Shown: positions 45,547 to 53,680 of the stretch, piece after piece
Layout: the number at the start of each line of letters is the position of its first letter
How positions within the stretch are numbered: position 1 is the stretch's first letter
Assembly: GCA_016188985.1 (NCBI GenBank)
Contig: JACPGM010000053.1
Span: 4,290-68,289, forward strand
Direction of reading: 5' to 3'
From: Lentisphaerota bacterium
GTDB lineage: Bacteria > Verrucomicrobiota > Kiritimatiellia > JAAZAB01
DNA length: 64,000 nt
Notes under the pieces: generated by a model
The model's database searches: none
What the model saw: only the letters and a program-made list of their open reading frames with translations
Told to the model about the DNA's origin: nothing
Translations under genes and position numbers: made by a program

Positions 45547-47022
45547 ATGCGCCCTAACATTCTCGTTTTCTATACCGATCAGCAGCGTCAGGACAGCCTG
45601 GGTTGCTATGGCAACGTGATTGCGCAAACTCCGCATCTGGACGCCTTGGCCCAACGCGGACTTCTCTTTCACAACCACTACGTCAGCAACCCGGTCTGCA
45701 TGCCCAGCCGGGCTTCGTTTTTCACAGGGCGCCATTTACAGGCGCATCGCTTGATTGACAATGGCATTCCCCTACCGGAAACGGAAAAAACCCTGCCGGC
45801 AGTCCTGGCCGAACACGGCTATCAGACCCACTCCGTCGGCAAGATTCATCTGACGCCCTATCTGGCGCCGCTGGAAAGCGGCTGCAAGGAATCATGGGCC
45901 GTGTGGCGCAGCGGCGCCCTTGACCAATGGAATGGTCCTTATTATGGATTCGAGCGGGTGCGCCTGACGCTGGGTCATGGCGACGTGCCCTTCACGGCCG
46001 GCGGCCATTATGCGCGCTGGATCCGGGAGCGGGTGAAGGAACCCGAACGTCTGGCCGCAGCGGCGTGTGAGGCGCACAAGAAGCAGCCTTATCGCTCCAT
46101 CGTGCCCGTGGAACTCTATCCTTCCACCTATGTCGCTGAGGAGGCGATTCGTTTTCTGCGCGAGCGCGACCGGAAACGCCCGTTTTTCCTGTATGCGTCA
46201 TTCCCCGATCCGCACGCTCCCTTTACGCCGCCGACGGCCTATGCCGAGCGCTTCGCCGCGGCTAATTTTCCCAAACCGCATCGGCGCGAAGGCGAACACG
46301 ATAACCGGCCGTTTCATTACCGGAAAGCAATGACCGAGCGACTGTTTCCGGAAGACGGCGGCGCGCATTGTCCGCGCAATCTTTCGGCCGATAATTGGCG
46401 GCAGATTTATGCCGCCACTTATGGCATGGTGAGCCTGATTGACGAATGCGTGGGCCGGGTGCTGGCCTGCCTGGAAGCGGAAGGGTTGGCCGCAAACACT
46501 TTTGTCGTTTTCACGTCCGACCACGGCGATTTTCTGGGCGATCACTTCTTTCTCTATAAAGGTCCTCTGCCTTGTCGTTCGCTGCTGAATGTGCCTTTCA
46601 TCCTGGCGGGTCCCGGCTGCCGCGCCGGTGCGACTCAGACTGTCATGAGCAACGTGGATGTCATGCCGACTCTGTTGGATTTAGTCGGCCTTGCCCAGCC
46701 CGCGACGGTGCAAGGGCGTTCTTTCAAACCGGTAACGGCCGGGACGGCTGAACTGGATGAAGCTCCCGCGCTCTGTTGCGGGTGGAGCAAGGATTCGCCG
46801 CAGTATTACCATCAGAGCCTGTATTTCAGCCACTGGCGCATTACTTATTTTCCATTTCAGGATGATGGCGAGCTCTATGATTTGGAACGTGACCCGCACG
46901 AGCTTTGCAATCTATACCATGCGCCCGAGCAGCGCGCGGTGCGCGTTGAATTGCTTGAGCGGCTGTTGAAGGAGCTTGGCCGCGCCGAGCCTTGCCGGCC
47001 GCCGGTTATTTCCCCGTGGTGA
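45547..47022 (+). CDS. Sulfatase (formylglycine-dependent)
   Basis: 'NILVFYTDQQRQDSLGCYG' and 'CMPSRASFFTGR' (the CxPxR FGly motif). ATG 45547 is preferred to the upstream GTG at 45511. Confidence 0.9.
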   Translation: MRPNILVFYTDQQRQDSLGCYGNVIAQTPHLDALAQRGLLFHNHYVSNPVCMPSRASFFTGRHLQAHRLIDNGIPLPETEKTLPAVLAEHGYQTHSVGKIHLTPYLAPLESGCKESWAVWRSGALDQWNGPYYGFERVRLTLGHGDVPFTAGGHYARWIRERVKEPERLAAAACEAHKKQPYRSIVPVELYPSTYVAEEAIRFLRERDRKRPFFLYASFPDPHAPFTPPTAYAERFAAANFPKPHRREGEHDNRPFHYRKAMTERLFPEDGGAHCPRNLSADNWRQIYAATYGMVSLIDECVGRVLACLEAEGLAANTFVVFTSDHGDFLGDHFFLYKGPLPCRSLLNVPFILAGPGCRAGATQTVMSNVDVMPTLLDLVGLAQPATVQGRSFKPVTAGTAELDEAPALCCGWSKDSPQYYHQSLYFSHWRITYFPFQDDGELYDLERDPHELCNLYHAPEQRAVRVELLERLLKELGRAEPCRPPVISPW

Positions 47023-47055
47023 TAGTTCCAGGATTTTTCTGGCAATGTTTCCGGC

Positions 47056-47772
47056 ATGAAACCCATGCTGCATGCCTTGATGGATATTGTCTTTCCGCGC
47101 TTCTGCGCCGGCTGCGGCCATGAAATCGGCGGGGTCTCCGGATATTTGTGCTGGGATTGCCAAACGCGCTTCGAGTGGATTCATCCGCCCTTTTGCGAGA
47201 TTTGCGGCGATCCGCTGGAAGGCGACGTGCCAATGCCGGTGGTTTGCGCGGGGTGCCGGCAAGGGCTTCCCGCCTTTGAGCGGGCCCGCTCGGTAGCGCG
47301 GTTCCGCGGCGTCTTGCGCGAGCTCTTGCATGATTTCAAGTATCGGGGGGCTACCTGGCTCAGCGGCGACCTGGTGGGACTGCTGCGGACTTGCTACGAA
47401 ATCTACTTTGCCCGGGCCGGTTTTGACACCGTGACCTACGTACCCTTGTATCCCGCGCGCGAGCGGGAACGCTCCTATAACCAGGCGCTGCTGCTGGCCC
47501 AGGGCCTGGCCGGCACCTGCCCGGGCCTGGCGCTGCGCGCGTGTTTACGGCGCATTCGGCCAACCCGCTCGCAAACCAATTTGACAGCCGCAGAGCGACT
47601 TGCTAACGTTAAAGACATGTTCGCGATCCGTTCGTCCCGGGACACGCAGGGCAAACGTATCCTGTTGATTGATGATGTCATGACCACCGGCGCGACGGTC
47701 AATGAATGCGCGCTCACCCTCAAAGAGGCCGGGGCCTCTCTGATCGGCGTGCTGACCGTAGGGCGCGGGTAG
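47056..47772 (+). CDS. ComF family protein (phosphoribosyltransferase-domain)
   Basis: N-terminal double CxxC zinc finger 'CAGCGHE...CWDC...CEICG...CAGC'. PRT motif 'ILLIDDVMTTGATV'. Confidence 0.85.
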   Translation: MKPMLHALMDIVFPRFCAGCGHEIGGVSGYLCWDCQTRFEWIHPPFCEICGDPLEGDVPMPVVCAGCRQGLPAFERARSVARFRGVLRELLHDFKYRGATWLSGDLVGLLRTCYEIYFARAGFDTVTYVPLYPARERERSYNQALLLAQGLAGTCPGLALRACLRRIRPTRSQTNLTAAERLANVKDMFAIRSSRDTQGKRILLIDDVMTTGATVNECALTLKEAGASLIGVLTVGRG

Positions 47773-47781
47773 TTGGAAGAC

Positions 47782-47802
47782 AATGCAGAATGAAGAATGC
47801 AG
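47782..47802. repeat. Heptamer satellite variant (AATGCAG AATGAAG AATGCAG) directly after the comF-like stop
   Basis: Same unit as 26782-26816. It is followed at about 47860-47915 by AATCC(G/A)AAATC-type low-complexity repeats, which also occur at about 45028-45072. Confidence 0.75.
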
Positions 47803-47921
47803 AAACAGGCCGACGGACGCCAGAGGCCAGGCGCCAGATGTCGGAACTGATGTCGGAAATCAGCAATCCGTAATCCAAAATCCAAAATTAGAATAATCCG
47901 CAATCCGAAATCGAAACAATT

Positions 47922-48824
47922 ATGCGCTTATTCGTCCGCAAGAAATATACGGCCATCAAGGTCCAGAAAAAGGATTTGCCCAGCGGCTTGTGGGTAAAAT
48001 GCCAGGACTGCAACGAAATTGCCTATAAGCATGAAATAGATGCGCTCCAGGGTGTTTGCCCGAAATGCGGGTTTCATTTTCAGATTTTGCCTCAGGAGCG
48101 GCTCGCGCAGATGGTTGAAACAGGCTCATTCCAGGAATGGGATGCCGACCTGGTAAGCGCGGACCCGTTGGAATTCAACGGCCAGGTTTCTTATGTAGCC
48201 AAGTTGGCGGAGAACCGCCGGAAAGGCCCGCTCAAGGAGGCGGTCCTCTGCGGCCAGGGGCGCATGGGGCCGTTCACGGTGGCGCTGGGCATCATGGATT
48301 TCAATTTTCTGGGCGGCAGTATGGGCTCGGTGGTTGGCGAAAAAATCACCCGGCTGTTTGAGCGCGCCACCCGGCAACGTCTGGGGATCATCGTGGTCTG
48401 CGCCACGGGCGGCGCTCGGATGTACGAGGGGCTCTTCAGTCTGATGCAGATGGCCAAAACCAGCGCCGCCGTGGCGGCCCACGCCCAGGCCGCGCTGCCC
48501 TTCATTTCGGTATTGACCCATCCCTCCATGGCCGGGGTTATGGCCAGTTTTGCCACGCTGGGCGATGTCATCATTGCCGAGCCGAAGGCCCTCATCGGCT
48601 TTGCCGGCCCGCGGGTGATCAAGGAAACAACCCGCGAAGATATCCCCAAAGGATTTCAACGGTCGGAGTTTGTCCTCAAACATGGTCTTATTGATATGAT
48701 TGTTCCGCGCAAGGACTTGACCAGCACCCTGATCCGTCTGCTGGGTTACATGCTGCCCTTGGTAGAAGAAAAAGCAAACATTCAACATCCAACTCCGAAC
48801 AGCACAAGTCCAAACCAAGGATAG
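47922..48824 (+). CDS. accD: Acetyl-CoA carboxylase carboxyltransferase subunit beta
   Basis: N-terminal zinc ribbon 'CQDCNE...CPKCGFH', plus 'MDFNFLGGSMGSVVGEK' and 'GGARMYEG'. Confidence 0.95.
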   Translation: MRLFVRKKYTAIKVQKKDLPSGLWVKCQDCNEIAYKHEIDALQGVCPKCGFHFQILPQERLAQMVETGSFQEWDADLVSADPLEFNGQVSYVAKLAENRRKGPLKEAVLCGQGRMGPFTVALGIMDFNFLGGSMGSVVGEKITRLFERATRQRLGIIVVCATGGARMYEGLFSLMQMAKTSAAVAAHAQAALPFISVLTHPSMAGVMASFATLGDVIIAEPKALIGFAGPRVIKETTREDIPKGFQRSEFVLKHGLIDMIVPRKDLTSTLIRLLGYMLPLVEEKANIQHPTPNSTSPNQG

Positions 48825-49006
48825 AGTTCAGTGCTGGTCGCGGCGCGCCAGCTGTCGTCAAGCGATTATGTCCGGTACAACAGTCGACACCCTTTCCACA
48901 ATACAAACTATTTTTCGAGTTTTTCTTATTGTTTGCTACACGGCAGTATCACATCCTGCCGTTTGAAGTGTTGATTAATATCATGTTGGACAGCAGGAAG
49001 TAACCG

Positions 49007-49561
49007 ATGGTTTGGAGTAATCAACAGAATATTCGCTCGCGATCGTTCACTTGCGGCTACTGTGGCAACGTTGTCGCGTCCGGTGTTGGCTTTCTTCACC
49101 ACAATGACCTGGACAAACGCGTACACATCTGCCCACATTGTGATGAGCCGTCGTACATCACAAGCAAGAAGCAGGTTCCGGGTGTTGCGCCTGGCAATGA
49201 GATAGCGGCCCTTCCCGACGACATCGAGGCCCTTTACAAGGAGGCGCGCAACAGCGTCGCTGCGTCCGCCCACACAGGCGCCGTGCTGTTGTGCCGCAAG
49301 ATACTGATGAACACTGCGGTCTCGCAAGGTGCGCCTCAGAATCAGTCATTCCTCGACTATGTTCAGTACCTGGCCGATAACGGATATGTCCCACCAAAGG
49401 GCAAGGGCTGGGTAGACCATATCCGGAAGAAGGGAAACGAGGCTACACACGAGATCAAAGCCATGGGCAAGACCGACTCAGAGGAGCTCATTCTCTTTGT
49501 TGAGATGCTGTTGAAGTTCATTTATGAGTTTCCGAGTAAGATTCCTGCGAACAAGCCATGA
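49007..49561 (+). CDS. Zinc-ribbon + DUF4145 domain protein
   Basis: N-terminal 'CGYCGN...CPHCDE'. The C-terminal 'LDYVQYLADNGYVPPKGKGWVDHIRKKGNEATHE' fits the DUF4145 pattern. Confidence 0.8.
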   Translation: MVWSNQQNIRSRSFTCGYCGNVVASGVGFLHHNDLDKRVHICPHCDEPSYITSKKQVPGVAPGNEIAALPDDIEALYKEARNSVAASAHTGAVLLCRKILMNTAVSQGAPQNQSFLDYVQYLADNGYVPPKGKGWVDHIRKKGNEATHEIKAMGKTDSEELILFVEMLLKFIYEFPSKIPANKP

Positions 49562-49630
49562 CCTGCTGCCTAACAACGGCTTGCAGCGGAGGCCGCCGCG
49601 GCAGAAACCGTGTCGAGTAAGGCCGGAGGA

Positions 49631-50527
49631 TCAATATGTGAGGAGGAGGCGATCATGGACGACCTCATCCTCAAGCGATTCGCCCTCTCTCTGAAAACGC
49701 CGCAGCATGCTTCTGCCGCAATCCAAGAACACTTCTCGCTCAAATAGACCGTCCGGGATTCCCAGTTTACAGTCCACGCGACCGGATTTCTTTTTGCCGT
49801 CAATACTTAGGGCAACCCGAACACCGCGTGTCTTGCAGTAGGCAATGGCGCGCATCAACCGCTGCAAAGAGAAGTCTTGCCCCCGGTACAAGATTGCCTG
49901 ACTACAGACATAGGGCGGGTCGCAGTACACAAGATCTCTCTCCTTGGCCAGAGACATAGCCTCTTCAAAGTCCATCTGCCGGAAGTCCGCCCCTGCCGTC
50001 CGCCGCAGCCATATGTCAACACGCTGCGCGAATGATCCCGGCGCGATAGGGTCGTGAATGCCGCATGGCGTCGAAATGTACCCATCGCTCTTGCGAAACC
50101 GGACAACCCCTCCGTAGCAACTCCGGCAAATGAACAAGAGATCAGGGCCATTCGGCTTGGCGTTGTAGTTTGCCTTTATCTGCTCGTATCCAGCCGGTTT
50201 GCCTAATTCTCGGAATTCGGTGTACCGACTTCTGTACCACTCCGCGAGTTGGTTGGGGGAATCGTGAAGACACCGCCAAATCTCCATGAGCGGGCCGCAG
50301 ATATCGGAACCCACGGCAGCCGGAGGCTGAAGTGCTGCAAGAACGGCCCCACTTCCCAGGAACGGCTCCCGATATGTGTGAATGTCTGTCGGGAAAAACG
50401 ACGCTATCTTGTGAGCAAACCGTTGCTTGTTCCCTATCCACTTTAGAAGCTGGGTCTTGAACGGAGCCACGTGCTGGAACTCAGTTCCGTAGAACAGATC
50501 GAGAGTATCTTCTTCTTTGACTTTCAT
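49631..50527 (-). CDS. N6-adenine DNA methyltransferase, Dam/D12 class (RM-associated)
   Basis: 'LKWIGNKQR', motif I 'EPFLGSGAV' and motif IV 'YCDPPYV'. The start at 50527 leaves a 59-nt divergent control region. The longer ORF to 50569 is possible. Confidence 0.85.
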   Translation of the reverse strand: MKVKEEDTLDLFYGTEFQHVAPFKTQLLKWIGNKQRFAHKIASFFPTDIHTYREPFLGSGAVLAALQPPAAVGSDICGPLMEIWRCLHDSPNQLAEWYRSRYTEFRELGKPAGYEQIKANYNAKPNGPDLLFICRSCYGGVVRFRKSDGYISTPCGIHDPIAPGSFAQRVDIWLRRTAGADFRQMDFEEAMSLAKERDLVYCDPPYVCSQAILYRGQDFSLQRLMRAIAYCKTRGVRVALSIDGKKKSGRVDCKLGIPDGLFEREVFLDCGRSMLRRFQREGESLEDEVVHDRLLLTY

Positions 50528-50537
50528 GACGTGCCTA

Positions 50538-50561
50538 CAATATCCCGATTTGGGATTATTG
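50538..50561. promoter_or_regulatory. Candidate C-box/operator palindrome between the divergent methylase and controller genes
   Basis: caatatccc-gattt-gggattattg has imperfect 9-10-nt arms. A TATACT -10-like box (50574-50579) lies 7 nt before the GTG at 50587. Confidence 0.3.
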
Positions 50562-50586
50562 TCAACCATATTATATACTCCCTCAC

Positions 50587-50832
50587 GTGAAACACAACAG
50601 GTATGCGGCTAACGAGGAACATCTGCGGAGCTTGCTCCGGCAGAAACGAATACAGTGTGGCTTGACACAGGCCGCACTGGCGATTGTTCTTCGGAAACCC
50701 CAGTCCTTCGTAAGCAAGTACGAATCAGGGGAACGGCTTCTGTCGTTTGTCGAAACCATCGACGTCTGCCGAGCGCTGAACATCGACCCACGAACACTTC
50801 TCAAGGAGTATCTGCCACATCATGATGCCTGA
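50587..50832 (+). CDS. XRE-family HTH controller (C) protein of the RM system
   Basis: 'LRQKRIQCGLTQAALAIVLRKPQSFVSKYESGERLLSFVE' is a Cro/C1-type HTH. Length 81 aa. It overlaps the downstream endonuclease candidate by 11 nt. Confidence 0.75.
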   Translation: MKHNRYAANEEHLRSLLRQKRIQCGLTQAALAIVLRKPQSFVSKYESGERLLSFVETIDVCRALNIDPRTLLKEYLPHHDA

Positions 50833-51655
50833 CAAGAGATTTGTTGGCCTGCCGAAGCGGTTTTGGGCACTTGTCCGCCTGAGCGGACAGGAGTGCGGTT
50901 ATGCGAGTCAAGGCCAGATTACCATCCCAACGCGAGAAGCCGTGGCAGATGCCCTCACAACATTGGGACTGGTGCCCTCTGCCCTGGACACGCCTTTGCG
51001 GGGTGGTGGCACATGGAAGACACTCCTCGATTACTTCACGTTTCGGCGGGACCTGCTCCACCAGCATGTGGAACCCAACCTCATGGACGCTCCGCAGGCC
51101 AAGAAGGAGTTCGCCCGCCTCAAGCGCGAGTTGAAGCCGAGATGCCCGCTTCCTATGAACAAGCAGAAGGGGACAAAGAGGGCTCCCGCGTACCTGACTG
51201 GTATCGTAAACATGCTGATCGAGGCGAACGCTGCAGGCAAGCCGTGCGACTACGATCCGCGTGCGCTTACCACGGTTGCGGTCAACAGCGCGCCATTGCG
51301 CACTTTTGCACGCCGCATGGATGGCGCTTTTCCTTCTGTCATCAACCCAATCGCCGTGTGGGAAGTGAAAGAGTACTACTACACCACGACCTTCGGCAGC
51401 CGCGTAGCAGACGGTGTCTACGAGACGCTGCTCGACGGAATGGAGATCGAAGAACTCGTAGTGTCTGAGAAAGTTAACGTCCTTCACTACCTCATGATCG
51501 ACGCACGGTACACATGGTGGGACTGCGGGAAGTCGTACCTCTGCCGGGTGATCGACATGCTCCACATGGGCTACGTCGATGAAGTCCTTGTCGGCCGGGA
51601 AGTCCTCGCGCGTCTGCCAGTTCTTGTGAAGAAATGGACACGGAAGATGGCCTAA
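50822..51655 (+). CDS. Putative type II restriction endonuclease (assigned by context)
   Basis: It is coupled to the C gene and divergent from the methylase. 'RRMDGAFPSVINPIAVWEVKEYY' gives a D-X13-ExK arrangement compatible with PD-(D/E)XK. I recognise no family. Confidence 0.55.
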   Translation: MMPDKRFVGLPKRFWALVRLSGQECGYASQGQITIPTREAVADALTTLGLVPSALDTPLRGGGTWKTLLDYFTFRRDLLHQHVEPNLMDAPQAKKEFARLKRELKPRCPLPMNKQKGTKRAPAYLTGIVNMLIEANAAGKPCDYDPRALTTVAVNSAPLRTFARRMDGAFPSVINPIAVWEVKEYYYTTTFGSRVADGVYETLLDGMEIEELVVSEKVNVLHYLMIDARYTWWDCGKSYLCRVIDMLHMGYVDEVLVGREVLARLPVLVKKWTRKMA

Positions 51656-51746
51656 CCAGCGCCTCAACCTTACGTTTTTACCTGGGCGGCAAAAACGACA
51701 GTGAGGCGTAACGATTAGCTGTTTACTTCTCCCCGTCTTTAAGAGC

Positions 51747-53063
51747 ATGACCAGCTTATCAGACTCGCTTTCCCGCCTGTATCGGCTGCATGCCGCCGGC
51801 ATCAAGTTGGGCCTGGATACCGAACGGGCACTGCTGGAGCTGTTGGGCCATCCGGAGCAAGGGCTGCGCTTTGTCCATGTGGCGGGCACTAACGGCAAGG
51901 GCTCGGTCTGCAGCATGCTGGAAGCGGTGCTGCGTTGTTCCGGGCTGAAAACCGGCCTCTATACCTCGCCGCATCTGGTGCGGTTCAATGAGCGCATCCG
52001 GATCAATGGGCAATGCATCGCGGACGAGGCGCTGGATAGACTCATCACGGAGGTTGAGCAACAGGCCCGGGCGCTGACCGCTCGGCCGGGAAGCACGGAA
52101 ATCACCTTCTTCGAGTTCACTACCGCTCTGGCCTTTGAGTGTTTCCGGCGGGAAAATGTTGAGATCGTTGTCCTGGAGACGGGCATGGGCGGGCGGCTTG
52201 ATGCCACCAACGTCATCACCCCGCTGGTTTCTGTTATCACCGGAGTTAGTCTTGAGCATACCGACTATCTCGGCAAAGACCTGAGCGCCATTGCCCTGGA
52301 AAAGGCGGGCATTATCAAGCCGGGCGTGCCGGTTGTCATTGGCGCGCTGACGGAAGAAATTCTGCCGGTTATCCAAAGCCTGGCCCGCGAGCGGCACGCC
52401 CGCCTGGTTCAGGCTGGTGAAGTCGTTTCGGTCCGGCGCAAATCGCAAAACCTCGATGGCCAACGCTGCCGGGTGGAATCGGCCGGCGCTTCGTATGGCG
52501 AGCTCTTTTGCCCGTTGCTCGGCCGGCATCAGCTTGAAAACCTGGGCGTGGCCGTGGCCGTCTTGGAAATCCTGAGGGATGAGTACGGACTGCCGGTGAC
52601 GGAACGAGCAGTGAAGGAGGGCATAAAGCGTGTGCGCTGGCCGGGCCGCTGCCAGGTGCTGGCGAATGAGCCCTTGACGGTCCTGGATGGCGCCCATAAT
52701 CCCGAAGGCGCGCGGATTCTGAACCAGGCATTGCGCGAATTGGCCGGGAATAAGCCTTGGGGACTGGTGCTGGGCATGTGCGCGGACAAGGACGTGAATG
52801 GTTTTTTGCGCGCTTTCAAGGGCAGAATCAAGCGCGTATGGACTGTGCCGCTTAATACTGAGCGCAACTTGTCGCCTGCCGCTATCGCCAAGCGGGCAGG
52901 CATATTGGGGTGCCCGGTCAAAACCGCTGCCGTTTCAGAGGCATTACGCGAGGCTGCGGCCTGGGCCAAAGACAATGGTGGCGTAGTCTGTATTACCGGC
53001 TCGCTCTACCTGGTGGGCGAAGTTCTAGAAAAGCGCGGCGCGATTGATCACCTCTTTGAATAA
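51747..53063 (+). CDS. folC: Bifunctional folylpolyglutamate synthase / dihydrofolate synthase
   Basis: 'VHVAGTNGKGS' P-loop, 'YTSPHLVRFNERI' and 'LETGMGGRLDATNV'. Confidence 0.93.
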   Translation: MTSLSDSLSRLYRLHAAGIKLGLDTERALLELLGHPEQGLRFVHVAGTNGKGSVCSMLEAVLRCSGLKTGLYTSPHLVRFNERIRINGQCIADEALDRLITEVEQQARALTARPGSTEITFFEFTTALAFECFRRENVEIVVLETGMGGRLDATNVITPLVSVITGVSLEHTDYLGKDLSAIALEKAGIIKPGVPVVIGALTEEILPVIQSLARERHARLVQAGEVVSVRRKSQNLDGQRCRVESAGASYGELFCPLLGRHQLENLGVAVAVLEILRDEYGLPVTERAVKEGIKRVRWPGRCQVLANEPLTVLDGAHNPEGARILNQALRELAGNKPWGLVLGMCADKDVNGFLRAFKGRIKRVWTVPLNTERNLSPAAIAKRAGILGCPVKTAAVSEALREAAAWAKDNGGVVCITGSLYLVGEVLEKRGAIDHLFE

Positions 53064-53165
53064 AACTTGGTTTTTCGTAACTGTTCAGGCACCATATCGG
53101 AAGTTGCCTGTCCTGTTCAGGCCAGGGACATTTTTACCACGGATATCCTGGGGGCACTGATTTCT

Positions 53166-53230
53166 GTCATTCCCATGAAAATGGGAATCCAGTTTCGCAT
53201 TTTCTGGATTCCCGCTTCCGTGGGAATGAC
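53166..53230. repeat. GTCATTCC...GGAATGAC palindromic element (family S)
   Basis: gtcattcccatgaaaatgggaatccag...ctggattcccgcttccgtgggaatgac. Confidence 0.7.
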
Positions 53231-53293
53231 AATCACGCTTCTTATCCGTGCCATCCGTGTAATCAGTGGTGAGTAGTTGCTTTTCTTTAATGC

Positions 53294-53376
53294 GCCGGGG
53301 TGGCGAAATGGCAGACGCGCCGGACTCAAAATCCGGTGGTGGCAACACCATGAGGGTTCAAGTCCCTCCTCCGGCA
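53294..53376 (+). tRNA. tRNA-Leu (anticodon CAA)
   Basis: Hand-folded. Acceptor GCCGGGG/CTCCGGC (one G-U pair), D-arm GTGGCGAAATGGCAGACGC, anticodon stem ccgga/tccgg with loop cuCAAaa, long variable arm tggtggcaacaccat, and T-arm gaggg-ttcaagt-ccctc. CCA is not encoded. Confidence 0.9.
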
Positions 53377-53390
53377 CTATTTATTATTGC

Positions 53391-53463
53391 GTGGTGGCAA
53401 CACCATGAGGGTTCCCCGCCGGAGGCTGGTCCGCCTAAGGCGGAAAGTCCCTCCTCCGGCACT
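53391..53463 (+). pseudogene. Duplicated 3' half of tRNA-Leu, interrupted by a ~30-nt palindromic unit
   Basis: gtggtggcaacaccatgagggtt + [ccccgccggaggctggtccgcctaaggcgga] + aagtccctcctccggcact repeats tRNA positions about 53337-53379. There is no 5' half. Confidence 0.7.
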
Positions 53464-53539
53464 CAGTCTCTGATGGGTTCTTGCTCTTACGGTAAGTCCG
53501 ATCTAAGGCGGGCTAAAGCCCTCAACCCAATTCATTGAC

Positions 53540-53643
53540 AACTACGAAATGCGCGAATGGACGCGAAACAATTTTTAATGGGCTTATTTCGTGTTTTTAG
53601 CGTGTTTCGTAGTTTCCGCCTGTGCGGATCCGCCGGGGCGGAA
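53540..53643 (+). mobile_element. MITE-like repeat, family A, copy 3, with an abutting GGATCC unit
   Basis: aactacgaaatgcgcgaatggacgcgaaa...tttcgtgtttttagcgtgtttcgtagtt, followed by ttccgcctgtgcggatccgccggggcggaa. Confidence 0.7.
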
Positions 53644-53680
53644 ATTTTCTTGTTTTTTGTGACGGTTTTGCGTGTATCAG

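Noticed and set aside
50801-51916. 371-aa ORF on the minus strand spanning the C/R genes and the folC start
   Set aside because: It crosses the intergenic region and two independently supported plus-strand genes. It has no motif. The HTH (C) gene and the C-R start/stop overlap give a much more coherent model.
53391-53463. Second tRNA-like sequence considered as a functional tRNA gene
   Set aside because: Only the variable arm, T-arm and 3' acceptor strand are present. The T-loop is split by a ~30-nt insert, and there is no 5' acceptor strand, D-arm or anticodon arm.
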